A stretch of DNA of 64,000 bases, taken from the NCBI RefSeq assembly GCF_009914755.1, contig NC_060942.1; one strand, 5' to 3'. The position numbers and the translations under genes are program-made. The notes under the pieces were generated by a model. That model was not told where the DNA came from, searched no databases, and was given only the letters and a program-made list of their open reading frames with translations. Origin of the DNA: the human T2T-CHM13v2.0 reference genome, Homo sapiens. Shown in pieces: positions 21,505 through 43,312 of this stretch; the first letter of the stretch is position 1, and every line of letters starts with the position of its first letter.

Positions 21505-21707
21505 TAAAAGTAAAATCTGCTCAAATTTAGGCTGCACCTTGATTACTTGGAACTGCCTGTTGTTGTCTTGCCTCATTTAAACATGAGGAAACTGCCCCAA
21601 GTGACACATCGTAACCCCTATTTCTTCATATCTGCTATCTTCTACAGACAGTCTTGCATTTGCAAAGATGAGCTATTACGTAATTTCATACTGCAGGCTT
21701 TTACTCA

Positions 21708-21800
<93 letters not shown>

Positions 21801-22998
21801 TTAAGTCAAATGTCATTCCTGCTGTTTTTATTTTATTTTATTTTGTTTTTTGAGACAGCATCTCACTCCCACTGCCTAGGCTGGAGTGCAGTGGCACAAT
21901 CTCTGCTCACTGCAGCCTCAACCTCCAGGATTCAAGTGATCTGCCCATCTCAGCACCACCCACAGCCCCCAAGTAGCTGGGACTACGCAACTCGCTGCCA
22001 AGCCACCAAACAATTTGTGTTTTTTCTAGAGATGGGGTTTTGTCATGTTTGCCAGGCTCATTCTTACTGTTGAACTGAATAATTGATTTTACCTAGTAAT
22101 GATATTTTTTAGTTCATGAACATAACCAGATTCACACAAACACACTATTTTTCTATAGCAATCTGTAGGAATCACATGCAGAAGAAAAATCCTTTTCTCC
22201 ATAATAAAACAAGTGAAAGTCAAAGTCTAATTTGAAATGTTTTCAATAATAAAATGTGCTATATTATCAAACATATAAACTGGTTATTTAGTAAACCAAT
22301 GTTCATTAAATTACTAAACACTCTCAGTTCCTGGTTCAATTACTCTGTTATTGGCGGGGGGCGGGGGCAGAGGGAAGCATAATAATTTCCACCAACCCTT
22401 ACGTGAAGATTTTTTTTCCTTTTAAATTACCACCCAATTTGGCATTTATTTAAGGTCAGGGCTGTGCTTCCCATAACTTTGCAGAGTGTGTAACCCGTTG
22501 ACGATTTCAGCGCAAGAGACATTATTTGATTTCTTGTGGAAGGCTTACAAAGTAAAGTATCAATACCAAACAAGTGCTTGTTGAGTTCTAAAGTTAAAAA
22601 ATTAAAATCGTTCTTTCCTTAGGTATACAATTTTATTGCCAAGCAATAAAATTGGCAAGAAAACCAAAGTTATTGTTCAGTACTTTGTATTGTTCTACTC
22701 TGTGCCCACCAAATGTCAAAGCACTGGAAGGACAGAGGGACAAGAGGGATGGCCCTTTCAGGACGGGAACCCACGTCTGGCTGGAGAGATAAGACCGATT
22801 ATAATCAGCAAGACATGGCCAGGAGCTAAATTATAAGGAAGAAACTGCTACTGAGGGGGATCAGGAAAGGATGCAGAAGGATGTGCTGGAAAAACAGAGG
22901 AGGGTTTCTCAGAAAAAGCATCTTCCGTCCAAAGAAACAGTGTTTGTACAGGATGAAAAGTCTGAGGAGGTCATCTTGGGCAAAGGAAACGGCAGCTA

Positions 22999-23157
<159 letters not shown>

Positions 23158-23872
23158 CTAGAATGTATATTAAAAAAAAAAAAAAAAAAAAAAAGGAATT
23201 AGCAAACAAACCAAAAGTTTTCTGTAATTACAGGTTGCCAACCTGTAAAAAGAAGGGCTAATTATACATCCTGGTTGCTGCTCTCCTGGGGCCAATGGCC
23301 AGTGTTAACAGGGAAGGCTGCCATGTTTCACAATTACTGCAAACCAACACAGCTAAAAACTTTTTCCCTAAAGGATGAACTATTTAATTTACCAAGACAA
23401 AAATGCAAGTACAAAATCAAGGATGTTAAAAATACACTTTTCTTGTGTATTTGTGGCTTTATACTGACATAAACCGTAAACCAGTTGCAATACTAGCTAT
23501 TTGTTGAATATTTTCCACTTATCTAAACCCTACAAAAACTATGTATTAAATTTGGAAAACTTTTAGAAACAATATATTTTTCTTATTTCAAGATTTTGCA
23601 GAATATGAATTGTTTCGGTAATTCCCCCAATGTAATAAGTATTAGATGCAGGTTTGTTATTGTTTAAAAATTATAATAAATTTTAATAAGTGATATACAA
23701 ATTATGGAATTAAATTAGAACTTCTCCTAATGTATTTTGTCTTTTGGTTTCTCATAATGGCAACTTCTGTTCTGCTCCTATTTTGGTGAATAAAAGAAAT
23801 AACCTTCTTCCATTGTGCCAGTGTCAAATGCTGAAGTTACAATTATCTCTTAAGCATGAGATCAAATATTCA

Positions 23873-24115
<243 letters not shown>

Positions 24116-24999
24116 TTAAAAAAATAAATCCACCAATGCAAAGAATAGTTAATTTATGTAATTCAGGATCAAGTCTGAAATTTTACTTTGAAGTAATATA
24201 CTAACAGAATTTAAAAAGAGATCATTAAACATGACAGATTCTGTACAAATACACTTTAGAGAGGGGATTAAATGTCACTTTTTTTTTTTTGAGACAAGGT
24301 CTGGCTTTATCATCCAGGCTGGGATGCAGTGATGCAATCCCGGCTCACTGCAACCTCTGCCTTCCAGGCTGAAGCCATCCTCTCACCTCAGCCTCCCAAG
24401 TAGCTGGGACTACAGGTGTGCACCACCACGCCTGGTAATTTTTGTACTTTTTTTTGTAGAGATGGGGTTTCATCATGCTGGTCTTGAACTCACGAGCTCA
24501 TGTGATCTGCCCAACTCAGCCTCCCAGCGTGCTGGGATTACAGGCATGAGCCACTGCACCCAGCCTAAACATCACTTTATAATAGACTTTGCTTTTCTAA
24601 ACTTCTATAGGGTCCAGGACTGCACTTCCAGTTTCCAAAGGGAAAAGCTTACCTTTCTTCTAAATCTTCTATTACCTTTCTCATTTTCTCATTTTCTCTT
24701 TTTCTCTTCATGACTAGGAAAATATCAGACCAAGGGAGCTGCCTTGGGGTGTAATGACATAAGCACGAACCTGACAACTTTATAACTTGTTCCAACAAAC
24801 TGTGATACAAGTCCAATCACCTATGAACTCTCCACTGAGCATTATTCCCTCAAACCAATTCTAAAATACACAAGCCATTGTTAAAGCTGAGGTCAAAGCT
24901 TTTAATGGAAAAGAGTATCTGGCAATTTTCCCATGATGAACGATTCAAACATTTTCTTTTTTTTTCTTTTTCTTTTTCTTTTTTTTTTTTTTGAGATGA

Positions 25000-25098
<99 letters not shown>

Positions 25099-25330
25099 TG
25101 AGTAGCTGGGATTACAGGCGGGTGCCACTGCACCTGGCTAATCTTTGTATTTTTGGTAGAGACGGGGTTTCACCATGTTGGCCAGGATGGTCTCGATCTG
25201 TTAACCTCGTGATCTGCCACCTCACCCTCCCAAAGTACTGGGATTACAGGCGTGAGCTACTGCACCCAGCCTGATTTAAACATTTTAAACAGTTTCAACA
25301 TGAACCAGTAAACATCTCATTACTTTATAG

Positions 25331-25659
<329 letters not shown>

Positions 25660-26042
25660 TAGACAAGATGTGACCTATAGTCAGCTCTGTCATCCTGTCA
25701 CATATGAATGCTTTCCTTCCTTTGCACTACAACTTGAAGTTAGTGGAGGTCTTGGGGACCACACACATAGTAAGACTACAACCTAGTATGGTTATGTAGC
25801 TTGCTCAAGGCCATTGGAAGAGAGCTAAGCCATTCCCCTGCCTCAGTCCTATAGACCTTGAAGACCCACATGCTGGGAGAGGGCACCATGGTGATATCCC
25901 AGGAAGTCAGTGGCAGGGGCAGAACTGGGACCCAGGTGGCTGTATTCCTACTTTACTGCTCTTTCCACCCCAACTATTGCAAAGCAAAGGGAGGGTCAGC
26001 AGTTAACATACAGCTTTCATGCAAACTTAACAGACAGCATCA

Positions 26043-26525
<483 letters not shown>

Positions 26526-27109
26526 TGAGTTACCACACCCAGCTAAGTTTGATTTTTTAATAGAAAACTACATTTATAAAGTTAATTTGAAATGTTACTA
26601 TCTCATAATTCACTATTAGCTTAAAACCATCAGTTCCTCTAGAAAAGTGTTGCCTTCAACAAAACTGGTAAGTCATTATCTACATTGAATGTAATAGTGA
26701 AATAAATATAAAAAGATTCCTTCACAGTCAGCTCTGTTTTTTATAACCTCAGTTATTCTTCCAACAAATATTTACTGACTCCCTACCATGTGCTATGCCA
26801 TGTTCTAGTTACTTTCTTTTGTAGACTTTTTCTCCATCCAACCAACAGGTAGTTTCTCACCTATGAACTCACAACACTTACTGCTTTTAATACTTCGACC
26901 ACAACACCACTCCTAATGACCATTTTTTTTGGGTTTTTTGATTAATGCAATAATTGTAATACATCCCTCACTGTTAACCAGATTTTAAATCAAGGTAGAT
27001 GGCAAGCATGATAATCAGTCTAGATCTGTGTAAGGGACAGAGAAAGCGTTCAGTAAGTGTGCCTAAGGAGGGTGTAATAGTTAAACCTGTATATTTTTAT
27101 TGGTTAAAA

Positions 27110-28470
<1,361 letters not shown>

Positions 28471-28798
28471 TTTAAAGCAGTTCAGTGGTAGGAAGTGATT
28501 TTCATCTTCACTTGGTGGTCTGTTATGTGCCTGCATTGCAGATATGATTTTGATTCATAAGCATAGCTTTGCTTTTCTCAGAAATCTTTTCCTGCTGAGT
28601 CCTCCCTTCCCTGCCATCAAGTACAGAAGAGAGCACTCAGAGGTGCTCAAAAAATAAAAGAGCATGTGTTGTTTAAAATAAAAGACTGCTACAAATGTCT
28701 ACCTGCTGCTTCAGAAATGTTCCACCTGCTGCCCCAGATTCAGCATCTGGCAGCCCACGTGGTTAAAGAATGTCAGCAGCTGTAATCCCAGCTACTCA

Positions 28799-28960
<162 letters not shown>

Positions 28961-29029
28961 TCAGCAGCATTTGCAAGATTCAGAGATACTGTGGCTACCC
29001 CTTTGAGTAGGGAACACAGTGAAGAATGA

Positions 29030-29350
<321 letters not shown>

Positions 29351-29460
29351 AACAATACCAGTTTCAGTAAAGCTGCAGAAATCTCCCAGGAGCCAAGTAG
29401 CTCTTTCACTGGCTGCTTTATCCTGATGCCACTCAATACAATGGGCACAAGCAACATCTA

Positions 29461-29835
<375 letters not shown>

Positions 29836-31196
29836 TTATGCCAAGATTAAAACTTCTTTGTTTTATCTTGACTTATAAACAGTAATATAAACTAAAAAAG
29901 AAACATTGGTGGAGAATGAGGGAAAATTCCCATAATCCCACCATCCACAGGAGAAACAACAGGTGTTGACATTTTATCATTCCCTCCAGTGCCTTTTAAA
30001 ATGTCTGTATCTGAAATTGTTTCTATCAAGCTGAATATACATTTACATCCTGATTATTTTAATGCTGTATCTGAGCATATTGCCATCCCTTTTTAAATTC
30101 TTTATAAACATTTGAACAAATGTAAATATGTTATCATTTTCCCATTACAGACACTTAATTTCCAAATTTTTTTACTCTCAAAAAGTCACACTTTAATAAC
30201 CCTTTTGTATGTGTGTAAAGATTTTTCTGTTTCTTTTTTCTTTTTAGAGACAGAGGTCTCCCTATGTTGTCCAGGCTGCTCTTGATCTCCGGGGCCCAAG
30301 TGATCCTTCTGCCTCAGCCTAATGAGTCGCTAGGGCTACAGGCTCATGTCACCTCACCTGGCTTATTCTCTTTCTTTCTTGTTTTTCTGAAACAGGGTCT
30401 CACCGTGTTGCCCAGGTTGCAGTGCAGTGGCACGATCATGGCTCACTGAAGCCTCAATCTCCCCAGGCTCAGTGATCCTCCTACCTCATCTTCCCATGTA
30501 GCTGGGATTACTGGTACACGCCACCACACCTGGCTAATTTTTTGTATTTTTTGTAGAGACGGGGTTTCACCATGTTGCTCAGGCTGGTCTCAAACTCCTG
30601 GACTCAAGTGATTCGCCTGCCTCAGTCCCTAAAGTGTTCGGATTACAGGCATGAGCCACTGCCCCTGGGCCCCTGGCTTATTTTCTAAGAGCAGATTCCT
30701 ATTAGGAAAATACTGAGCCAGAGAACACTGATAATTTTAAAACTCATTGGTATACAATACTAATTTGTTTTCCAAGAAGGTTGTACCAGTTTATCTTCCC
30801 TCTAAAAAAGTATGTTTTCTTTCTTTCTTTCTTTTTTGTTTTTTTGAGACAGTCTTACTCTGGCACCAAGGCTGGAGTGCAGTGGCACCATCTCAGCTCA
30901 CTGCAGCCTTGATCGCTTCAGGCGCAAGTGATCCTCCCACCTCAGCTTCCTGAGTAGCTGGGACTATAGGCGCACATCACCACGCCCAGCTAATGTTTGT
31001 ATTTTTTGTAGAGACAGGATCTCACCATGTTGCCCAGGCTATTTTTTCTTTACCATAGCTATATTCTCCTTATTAAAAAAAAAAAGAAAAAAAAACCACA
31101 CAGGCTGGGTGCAGTGGCTCACGCCTGTAATCCCAGCAATTTGGGAGGCTGAGGCAGGTAGATCATGAGGTCAGGAGATGGAGACCATCCTGGCTA

Positions 31197-31436
<240 letters not shown>

Positions 31437-31699
31437 TTAGTTTGATCACTATCCGATATCTTAATGTTTAAAAGTTAAATAATGGAAAATTGTCTTCTAT
31501 TCACAACTACATTTCAACAATAAGAATAAGCTAGGTTCAGTGGCACGTGCCTATAATTGCAACTATTCAGGAGGCTGAGGCAGGAGGATCACTTGAGCCC
31601 AGGAGTGTGAGGTTACAGTGAGCTTTGATATTCCACTGCACTCCAGCCTGGCTGACAGAGCAAGATGCAGTCTCTTTTAGGAAAAAAGAAAAAACCAAT

Positions 31700-32000
31700 A
31701 AGAAGAGGAATAAATCTCACAGCCAGATACACAAAAGAGTACATATGCTACATGATTCCACTGAAATAAGCCAAAAAACTGACAGAGCTAACCTGTGTTA
31801 TTCGTAGTCAGGAAAGTACTTTTCTTGTAATCACTGGAAAGGAATGTAAAGGGAATTCTAGGGGGATTGATAATGTTCTTTTTTAAAAATCTGGGTGCTC
31901 ATTACAAGAGTATTGGTTTGTGAAAATTCATTGAGTTATATACTTATGATACGTACATATCTCTGTATACACATGTTGTACTTCAATAAAAAGTTTAAAA
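31700..32000 (+). mobile_element. L1ME-like 3' end
   Basis: agccagatacacaaaagagtacata...tgtgaaaattcattgagttatatactta...cttcaataaaaa. Confidence 0.7.
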
Positions 32001-32999
32001 AATACTCTCCCTACCCAAGATCTTCTATTTTTCTACTCTAGTTATTTTGTCTCAAAATAGAAGGAAAAGCATTTCCGTGGCCAGATGACTTTGGACAGAA
32101 AGAGCATTTAGTTTTCCAAAATACTTTGACCAGGATGAAGGCCACAGATGCATGAGCAGCTGTTTATCCGCCAGCCTCACTTGGAATGGTTGGTGCTCTG
32201 GGGTAACGGTGGCAGAGAGAGCTAAACACACCTTCCTTCCTTCACAATTGGCTCAGAGGATTCACTTTTTAAGTCAATATTAATCACTTCCTAATTAATA
32301 ATTAAAGATGACACTTAGGGTCTCTCTGTATTTGTTCACTCAGAAAGTCATTCACTAGAAGCTATAAACGCACTTCCTAAATCCGGCCATCTAGCAATCA
32401 TATACAAATGCTAGAGGGCAAACTATTTAACCAGAGACAAATCAGCAGCGGTGAGAACAAAGCCTTTCCCTTCGGCAACTTAAGTTGGCACAGCGATATA
32501 TGGCATAATATTGACAGCAAACGCGTTTCCAGCAGAGAAAAGGAACAAAATAATAAAAAGTGGTAAAGTTCCCACAAGTAAGACACTCATATCTAGAGCA
32601 AACACCTTGATATTTTTATCATTAAAGAAAAAAAAATGTTTTCCATTACCTTCTGATAATGGAATCACAGAATTGCAGACTAACAGAGATGGGAAGAACG
32701 TCAGTGACTTGGTCCAAATTCCAACCTTATGACTGCTGGAAGACACTTGGACTAAAAAACTATGCAGCCATAAAAAGGAACAAAATCATGTCCTTTGTCA
32801 CAATAGAGATTAGGCCATTATCCTAAGCAAATTAACTCAGGAACAGAAGACCACATACCTACCACATGTTCTCACTTAACATTGGGTACTCATGGACATA
32901 AAGACTGCAAAAATAGATAGTGGGGACTTCAAGAGAAAGGAGGGAGGGAGGGCAACAAGTGTTGAAAAACTTACTATTAGGGCAGGGCACGGTGGCTCA

Positions 33000-33254
<255 letters not shown>

Positions 33255-33296
33255 CTATCTCAAAAAAAAAAAAAGAAGAGAAAAGAAAAGAGTGTG

Positions 33297-33368
33297 GTGT
33301 TGATGGTATAGTGGTGAGCATAGCTGCCTTCCAAGCAATTGACCCGACTTCGATTCCCAGCCAACGCA
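33297..33368 (+). pseudogene. tRNA-Gly(TCC) pseudogene/retrocopy
   Basis: 66/72 identical to the human tRNA-Gly-TCC sequence as recalled; anticodon TCC at 33330-33332; A box intact; B box GGTTCG changed to ACTTCG; no CCA. Confidence 0.92.
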
Positions 33369-33382
33369 GCAGGCTGACCTTT

Positions 33383-33600
33383 CGTCCTGGCTAACATGGT
33401 GAAACCCCGTCTCTACTAAAAATACAAAAAAAATTAGCCAGGCATGGTGGCGGGTGCCTGTAGTCCCAGCTACTTGGGAGGCTGAGGCAGGAGAATGCAT
33501 GAACCCGGGAGGCAGAGCTTGCAGTGAGCCGAGATCGCGCCACTGCTCTCCAGCCTGGGCAACAGAGCAAGACTCTGTCTCAAAAAAAAAAAAGAATAAA
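33383..33600 (+). mobile_element. 5'-truncated AluY-like element fused to the tRNA trailer
   Basis: Starts mid left arm (tcctggctaac), AluY-type GAGCTTGCAG, A-rich tail. Confidence 0.85.
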
Positions 33601-34025
33601 AAAGAAAAGAAAAACTAACTATTAAGTTCTGTGTTCACTACCTGGATGATGGGATCAATTGTACCCCAAACTTCAGGATCATGCAATATACCCATGTAAC
33701 AAACATGCACATGTATCCCCTGAACCTAAAATAAAAATTGAAGGTGTAAAAACAAACTAAAAAAACAAACAAAAACAAAGCAACCTTCCTAAGAAAACTC
33801 TTTATTTATGGCACATTTAGAGGCAACCAGAAAGTCCTTCTTTTTCTTTCACACACTAATTTGTGGCTCATGAAATTGATGTAATCAAAGAAAGATGCTC
33901 AAACCACAAATCCCACCTCTCAGTTCTCATCAACCTGATTCCCTAGCTTCAGGGTAATGGTGGCAGAGAAAGCTAAATGCACCTTTCTTCTCTCCTTCAC
34001 AACTGCCTCAGCTGATTCACTCTAA

Positions 34026-35015
<990 letters not shown>

Positions 35016-35299
35016 CCACACACGCTCACAAAAACAAGCCCTAGCTCTCAGATGTCTTTTTCTCCTCAATCCTCCAAGTGTCTCCCACATCCATGGCTTT
35101 GTTATCCTTCCCAAAGACCCCATACTAATGCAAACCTTCAGCCTCTGTGCCAATCTCCAGTGCCTACCTGCTCCAGACTCTCACACCCGTGATGCGCAAA
35201 ACTCCTGAAACAAGCTCTCTGATCATTAACTCAGAACCTCCAGGTGAAGTGAAGGCTTCCAAGCCTTCCACATTCTGCTCTCACATGACCTCTGTGCAG

Positions 35300-35880
35300 G
35301 CGGGAGTCTGCAATGGCCTCAAGGTTCCCATCCCAGTGCTGTACATTCACTTTCTCCCATTTACTCAATCAAGCACTAATCTAGGTACTGCTGTGAAGGG
35401 AATTTGCAGATGTGCGATCCTAATCAGCTGACCTTAAAATAGATTATCCAGGTGTTCCTGACTGAATTAGATGAGCTTAGGACAGAACTCTTCTTGGGGA
35501 GAGACTTGGAGCAGCATGAAAAAGGTTCAATTTAAGGGAGATTCTCCACCGCTGGCTTTGAAGGTGAAGTGGACCAGCTGGCAGGGAATGAGGACAGTCT
35601 CTAGGAGTGGAGGACAACCCAGTTGATAAAGAATAAAGAAATGGGGACTTCAGTTCTACAACCACAGAGAACTGAATCCTGCTGCAACCACACGTGAACG
35701 TGGAAAAAGACACTGAGCTCCAGATGAGAACATGGCCCAAACTTGATTTTAGTCAGATGCTGAGCGGTGAACCCAGTCATGCCATGCTCAGAATTCTGCC
35801 CTACAGAACCGTAAGCTAATGAACAGGTGTTTTCAGTAGCTGAGTTACACTAATTCACTACAGAGTAGCAGAAAACAAAT
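35300..35880 (+). mobile_element. MaLR LTR (MLT1-type)
   Basis: cactaatctaggtactgctgtgaaggg...tggggacttcagttctacaaccacagagaactgaatcctgc. Confidence 0.75.
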
Positions 35881-35949
35881 GCATGTGGCAGGGTGTGGTG
35901 GCTCACGCGTGTAATCCCAGCACTTTGGGAGGTTGAGGTGGGCAGATCA

Positions 35950-36212
<263 letters not shown>

Positions 36213-36270
36213 TCAAGGGATCCTTTCCTGGTACTTTATGGTTAAAAGCCGAAAGCAATTTCTTCTCTAA

Positions 36271-36589
<319 letters not shown>

Positions 36590-38290
36590 TGAACTCCTGA
36601 CCTCATGATCTGCCCGCCTCGGCCTCCCAAAGTGCTGGGATTACAGGTGTAAGCCACCGCGCCCAGCCCTGCTGGAAGGAACTTTGTACATCCAACCTTC
36701 TTACTACAACACCGAGGAAGGTGGTTCTCAGAGAGGGACCCAGACTGGGCTGACTCATCTCTAGCATGTAGTCCAGGGCTCTTCCCATAATATCCCACTG
36801 GGGAAAGATAGAATAGGGACCACAGGATGAATTTACATTTGCCTAAGTTGGCCAGTTAGCCCTTAAAATCCTATCACGTACCCAGAGAAGAGTACAATAA
36901 TTGTGCTTATGAGTCAAAACCAAAGAGAACCAGGTGACTTTGTAATATCATACTTTATGCTTATTGCCTGGGTAAAATTGGCTTGGTGAGTCAAATAGAC
37001 TTAGACCTCTGCTTCCATGATTCAGGACCTGGTATCGCCCCTTTCTGTCCTTCCCCACATCATCTGCTGATAAACCCTTCCATGTATCCACCCTAATCTG
37101 AACTCTGTTACCTTGCTTCATTGCAATATTAGATTCATCCTTGGAAAATGGGTTTCTTTGAAACTTGCTGAAAGGTATCATGTACAGCTTCTATACATTT
37201 AGGTGTTTTTTGTTTTTTTTTGAGATAGGGTCTCACTCCATCACCGAAGCTGGAGGGTAATGGTGAGACTATGGCTCACTGCAGCCTTGACCTCCTGGGC
37301 TCAAGCGATCCCCACCTGAGTAGCTGGGACTACAGGCATGTCCCATCACACCTGGCTAATTTTTTGTATTTTTTGGTGAGATGGAGTTTTGCCATGTTGC
37401 TCAGGCTGGTCTTGAACTCTTGAGCTCAAGCAATCCATTCACCTCGACCTTCCAAATGCTGGGATTACAGGTGTGAGCCACCAAGCGTTGGCCTACACAT
37501 TTAGTTTTTATGCATATTCCTTCTCTGGAAATTTCATACCTGCTACATATGAAACATTAAGGTTGAGAAAAGAGAGGGACTTATGTATGCCGCACTGACT
37601 GAAGTAAAAAGTGGAAGATGTAGTGAAGTGGATGAAGTGAGGGAATGAAGTGAAGGCAGACTACGCTTTATTACAGAAACACCAAAAGAACTCCTTTTGC
37701 TCTTTCTATAAAGTGCATGTGTGTCTATATAATTTATCATTATGACCATTTGTGATAAAATGACTAGCTTTCCTTGATACAGGACAAACTTGCTGTGACA
37801 AAGCTGGCACAAACTGCATCAAAGGATTCTGCAAAGGAACCTACAAGCCATTCTGGCTTGTTCCCATGAAATTCACATTAATTATGCTCCTTTAAATGGA
37901 AAAAGGCACCTTAAAGAGATCCAGGCTGAGGCTCATATTATTTCAAACCCAAACTATAACAGAATCTAGTAAATAAGAGCATATATCTGAAATTATTTGG
38001 TAGAAAAGATTAGTCAAGTTCAAAGTCCATTTCTGATACAGATAAAGCTTGACTTTTCACTCTCAGTCAATGCTCAGTAATAAATGTGCTAAGAAAAGTT
38101 AGTTTCTTCTATCATAGTTCAAGTACCAATCATTTCTTTCAACAAGATTTCATTTGCAAAGTGAAAAAAATACACCTGGAGCTATAGCTATGAATAAGTG
38201 TAAATTTTCAGGGACAAGAAGCTTGTTTCCTACTTTGCTCTTCCATAAACCATCTAGTGGTAAGTGCTGAGAAATATTCACTGCATTCTA

Positions 38291-38665
<375 letters not shown>

Positions 38666-38669
38666 TTAG

Positions 38670-38852
<183 letters not shown>

Positions 38853-39025
38853 TGAGTAGATGGGCCTACGGGCATGCACCACCATACCTGGCTAATTTTT
38901 GTATTTTTTTGTAGAGATGGGGTTTCTCTGGTCTCAAACTCCTTGACTCAATTGATCTGCCAAACTTAGCCTCCCAAAGTGCTGGGATTACAGGCATGAG
39001 CCACCATGCCTAGTCAAAAGGTACT

Positions 39026-39395
39026 TTGTGGTGGACTAAACTATGTTCCCCCAAAAGATATGTTGAAATTCTAACCTCTGGTACCTATGAATGTGACCTT
39101 ATTTAGAAACAGGGTCTTTACAGATGTAATCAAGATAAAATGAGGTCATACTCAATTAGGGTAGGTCCTAATCCAATGATTGGTATCCTTATTAGAAGGG
39201 GAAATGTGGACAGAGACACACAGACACACGGGGGACACCACGTGACAACAAAGGCAGAGACACAGAGTTGTGTTTCCAAGTCTCCAAGCCAAGGAACACC
39301 AAGGACTGTGGGCAACCACCAGGAGCAGGGAAGAGGCAACGAAAGAGTCTTCCCTAGACCTTCAAAGGAAGCATGGCCCTGCTGGGACCCTGACA
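39026..39395 (+). mobile_element. MaLR LTR (MLT1A/B/C-like), ends ~40 bp from the exon 14 donor
   Basis: tgtggtggactaaactatgttcccccaaaagatatgttgaa...gaatgtgaccttatttagaaacagggtctttacagatgtaatcaag. Confidence 0.8.
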
Positions 39396-39436
39396 TCCCC
39401 AGCATCCCAAACGATTCTTCGGCTTAAAGGTCTTAC

Positions 39437-39480
39437 CTCTATTTTGTTGTGGTTGTGTTGAGAGGCATCCCGATGGTCCC
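39437..39480 (-). CDS. ATP8B1: ATP8B1 exon 14 (44 nt; DHRDASQHNHNKIE)
   Basis: Small exon that restores phase between exons 13 and 15; CAG acceptor and GTAAG donor. Confidence 0.93.
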
Positions 39481-40654
39481 CTGAGAAACAAACAGGACAA
39501 AACAAATTGATTCTACACCTATGTCCAGAGGCCCCTCCTTACCTGGCTTTGCTTATATAGTGATGGTGATAAGACCATATACGGCCTGGACAGGCTAAAA
39601 TATTTATCTGGCACTTTACAGAAAACGTTAGATGACCCCTGGTCTAGATATTCAAATACCAGTGGCTGTCCCTCTCCACTACCTTCTCCTAGGGGCCTGA
39701 ATCATATCCTTTGAAATGCTTTACCTCTCCCAAGTCAGAAGGACTCACATATGTGAGCCACGTCCTCAGCCCCTCAGTGCCCTACCATCTTCACTGATAC
39801 TTCTTATGAGAAAAGGCACTCACGGTGCCTACAAGTAGGAAGTATATATGCATGTCCCTATATCATTTTAAACAATTGTGCTATTAAGTATATTTAAAAT
39901 AGCACTCTATTTGAATCTAGTATTAGCCTTAATATTATCTCTAAATTTACATAAAATTAAATTTCTAAATGTTTCAGAAAATTAGAACTGAAATCAACTT
40001 TTAAAACAATTGGCTGGGTGTGGTGGCTCACACCTGTAATCCCAGCACTTTGGGAGGCTGAGATGGGCTGATCACCTGAGGTCAGGAGTTCAAGACCAGC
40101 TTGGCTAGCATGGTGAAACTCCATCTCTATTAAAAATACAAAATTAGCTGGGAATGGTGGTTCATACCTGTAGTCCCAGCTACTCGGGAGGCTGAGGCAG
40201 AAGAATCACTTGAACCCGGAAGGTGGAGGTTTCAGTGAGCCAAGATCGTGCCACTGCACTCCAGCCTGGGCGACAGAGTGAGACTCTGTCTCAAAAAAAC
40301 AAAAACAAAACCAAAAACACAATTGTAGGCCGGGTGTGGTGGCTCACGCCTGTAACCCCAGCACTTTGGGAGGCTGAGGCAGATGGATCACTTGAGGTCA
40401 GGGGTTCGATACCAGTCTGGTCAACATGGTGAAACCCCATCTCTACAAAAAAGCAACAACAACAACAACAACAATTAGCCAGGCATGGTGGTGTGTGCCT
40501 GTAATCCCAGCTACCCAGGAAGCTGAGGGAGGAGAATCATGTGAACCTGGGAGGCGGAGGGGTTGCAGTGAGCTGAGATCGCACCACTGCACTCCAGCCT
40601 GGTGACAGAGTGAGACACTGTCTCAAAAACAAAAACAACAAAGAAAACAAACAA

Positions 40655-42963
<2,309 letters not shown>

Positions 42964-42971
42964 TTATTTAC

Positions 42972-43312
42972 TGCTATGGTCTGAATGTTAGAATCCCCCT
43001 CCAAATTCATATGTTGAAACCCAATCCCCAATTCAACAGTATTGAGGTGGGGCCTTTAGAAGGTCATTAGGTCATGAGGGCTCCACCCTTATGAATGGGA
43101 TTAGTGCCCTTATTAAAGTGGCTCAAAGGAGCTTGCTTGCCCCTTCTGCCATGCGAGGACATAGCTAGAAGGCACCGGCTGTGCCTATAAAGCAGAAAGT
43201 GAGCCTTTGCCAGACCCTGAATCTGCCGATGCTTTGATTTGAGACTTCCCAGCCTCCAGAACTCTGAGCAATAAATTTCGAAGGTCTTTTGTTATATCAG
43301 CCCAAACTAAGC
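42972..43312 (+). mobile_element. MaLR LTR (MST-type)
   Basis: tgctatggtctgaatgt...ccaaattcatatgttgaaac...ttaggtcatgagggctccacccttatgaatgggattagtgcc. Confidence 0.8.

Noticed and set aside
33297-33368. Functional tRNA-Gly gene
   Set aside because: B-box/T-stem substitutions, an acceptor-stem mismatch, only TTT as terminator, and a retro-insertion context indicate a pseudogene.
37590-37660. Repeated GAAGTG motifs (ETS/IRF-like cluster)
   Set aside because: Low-complexity purine stretch, possibly an old repeat remnant; the core GGAA is mostly absent.
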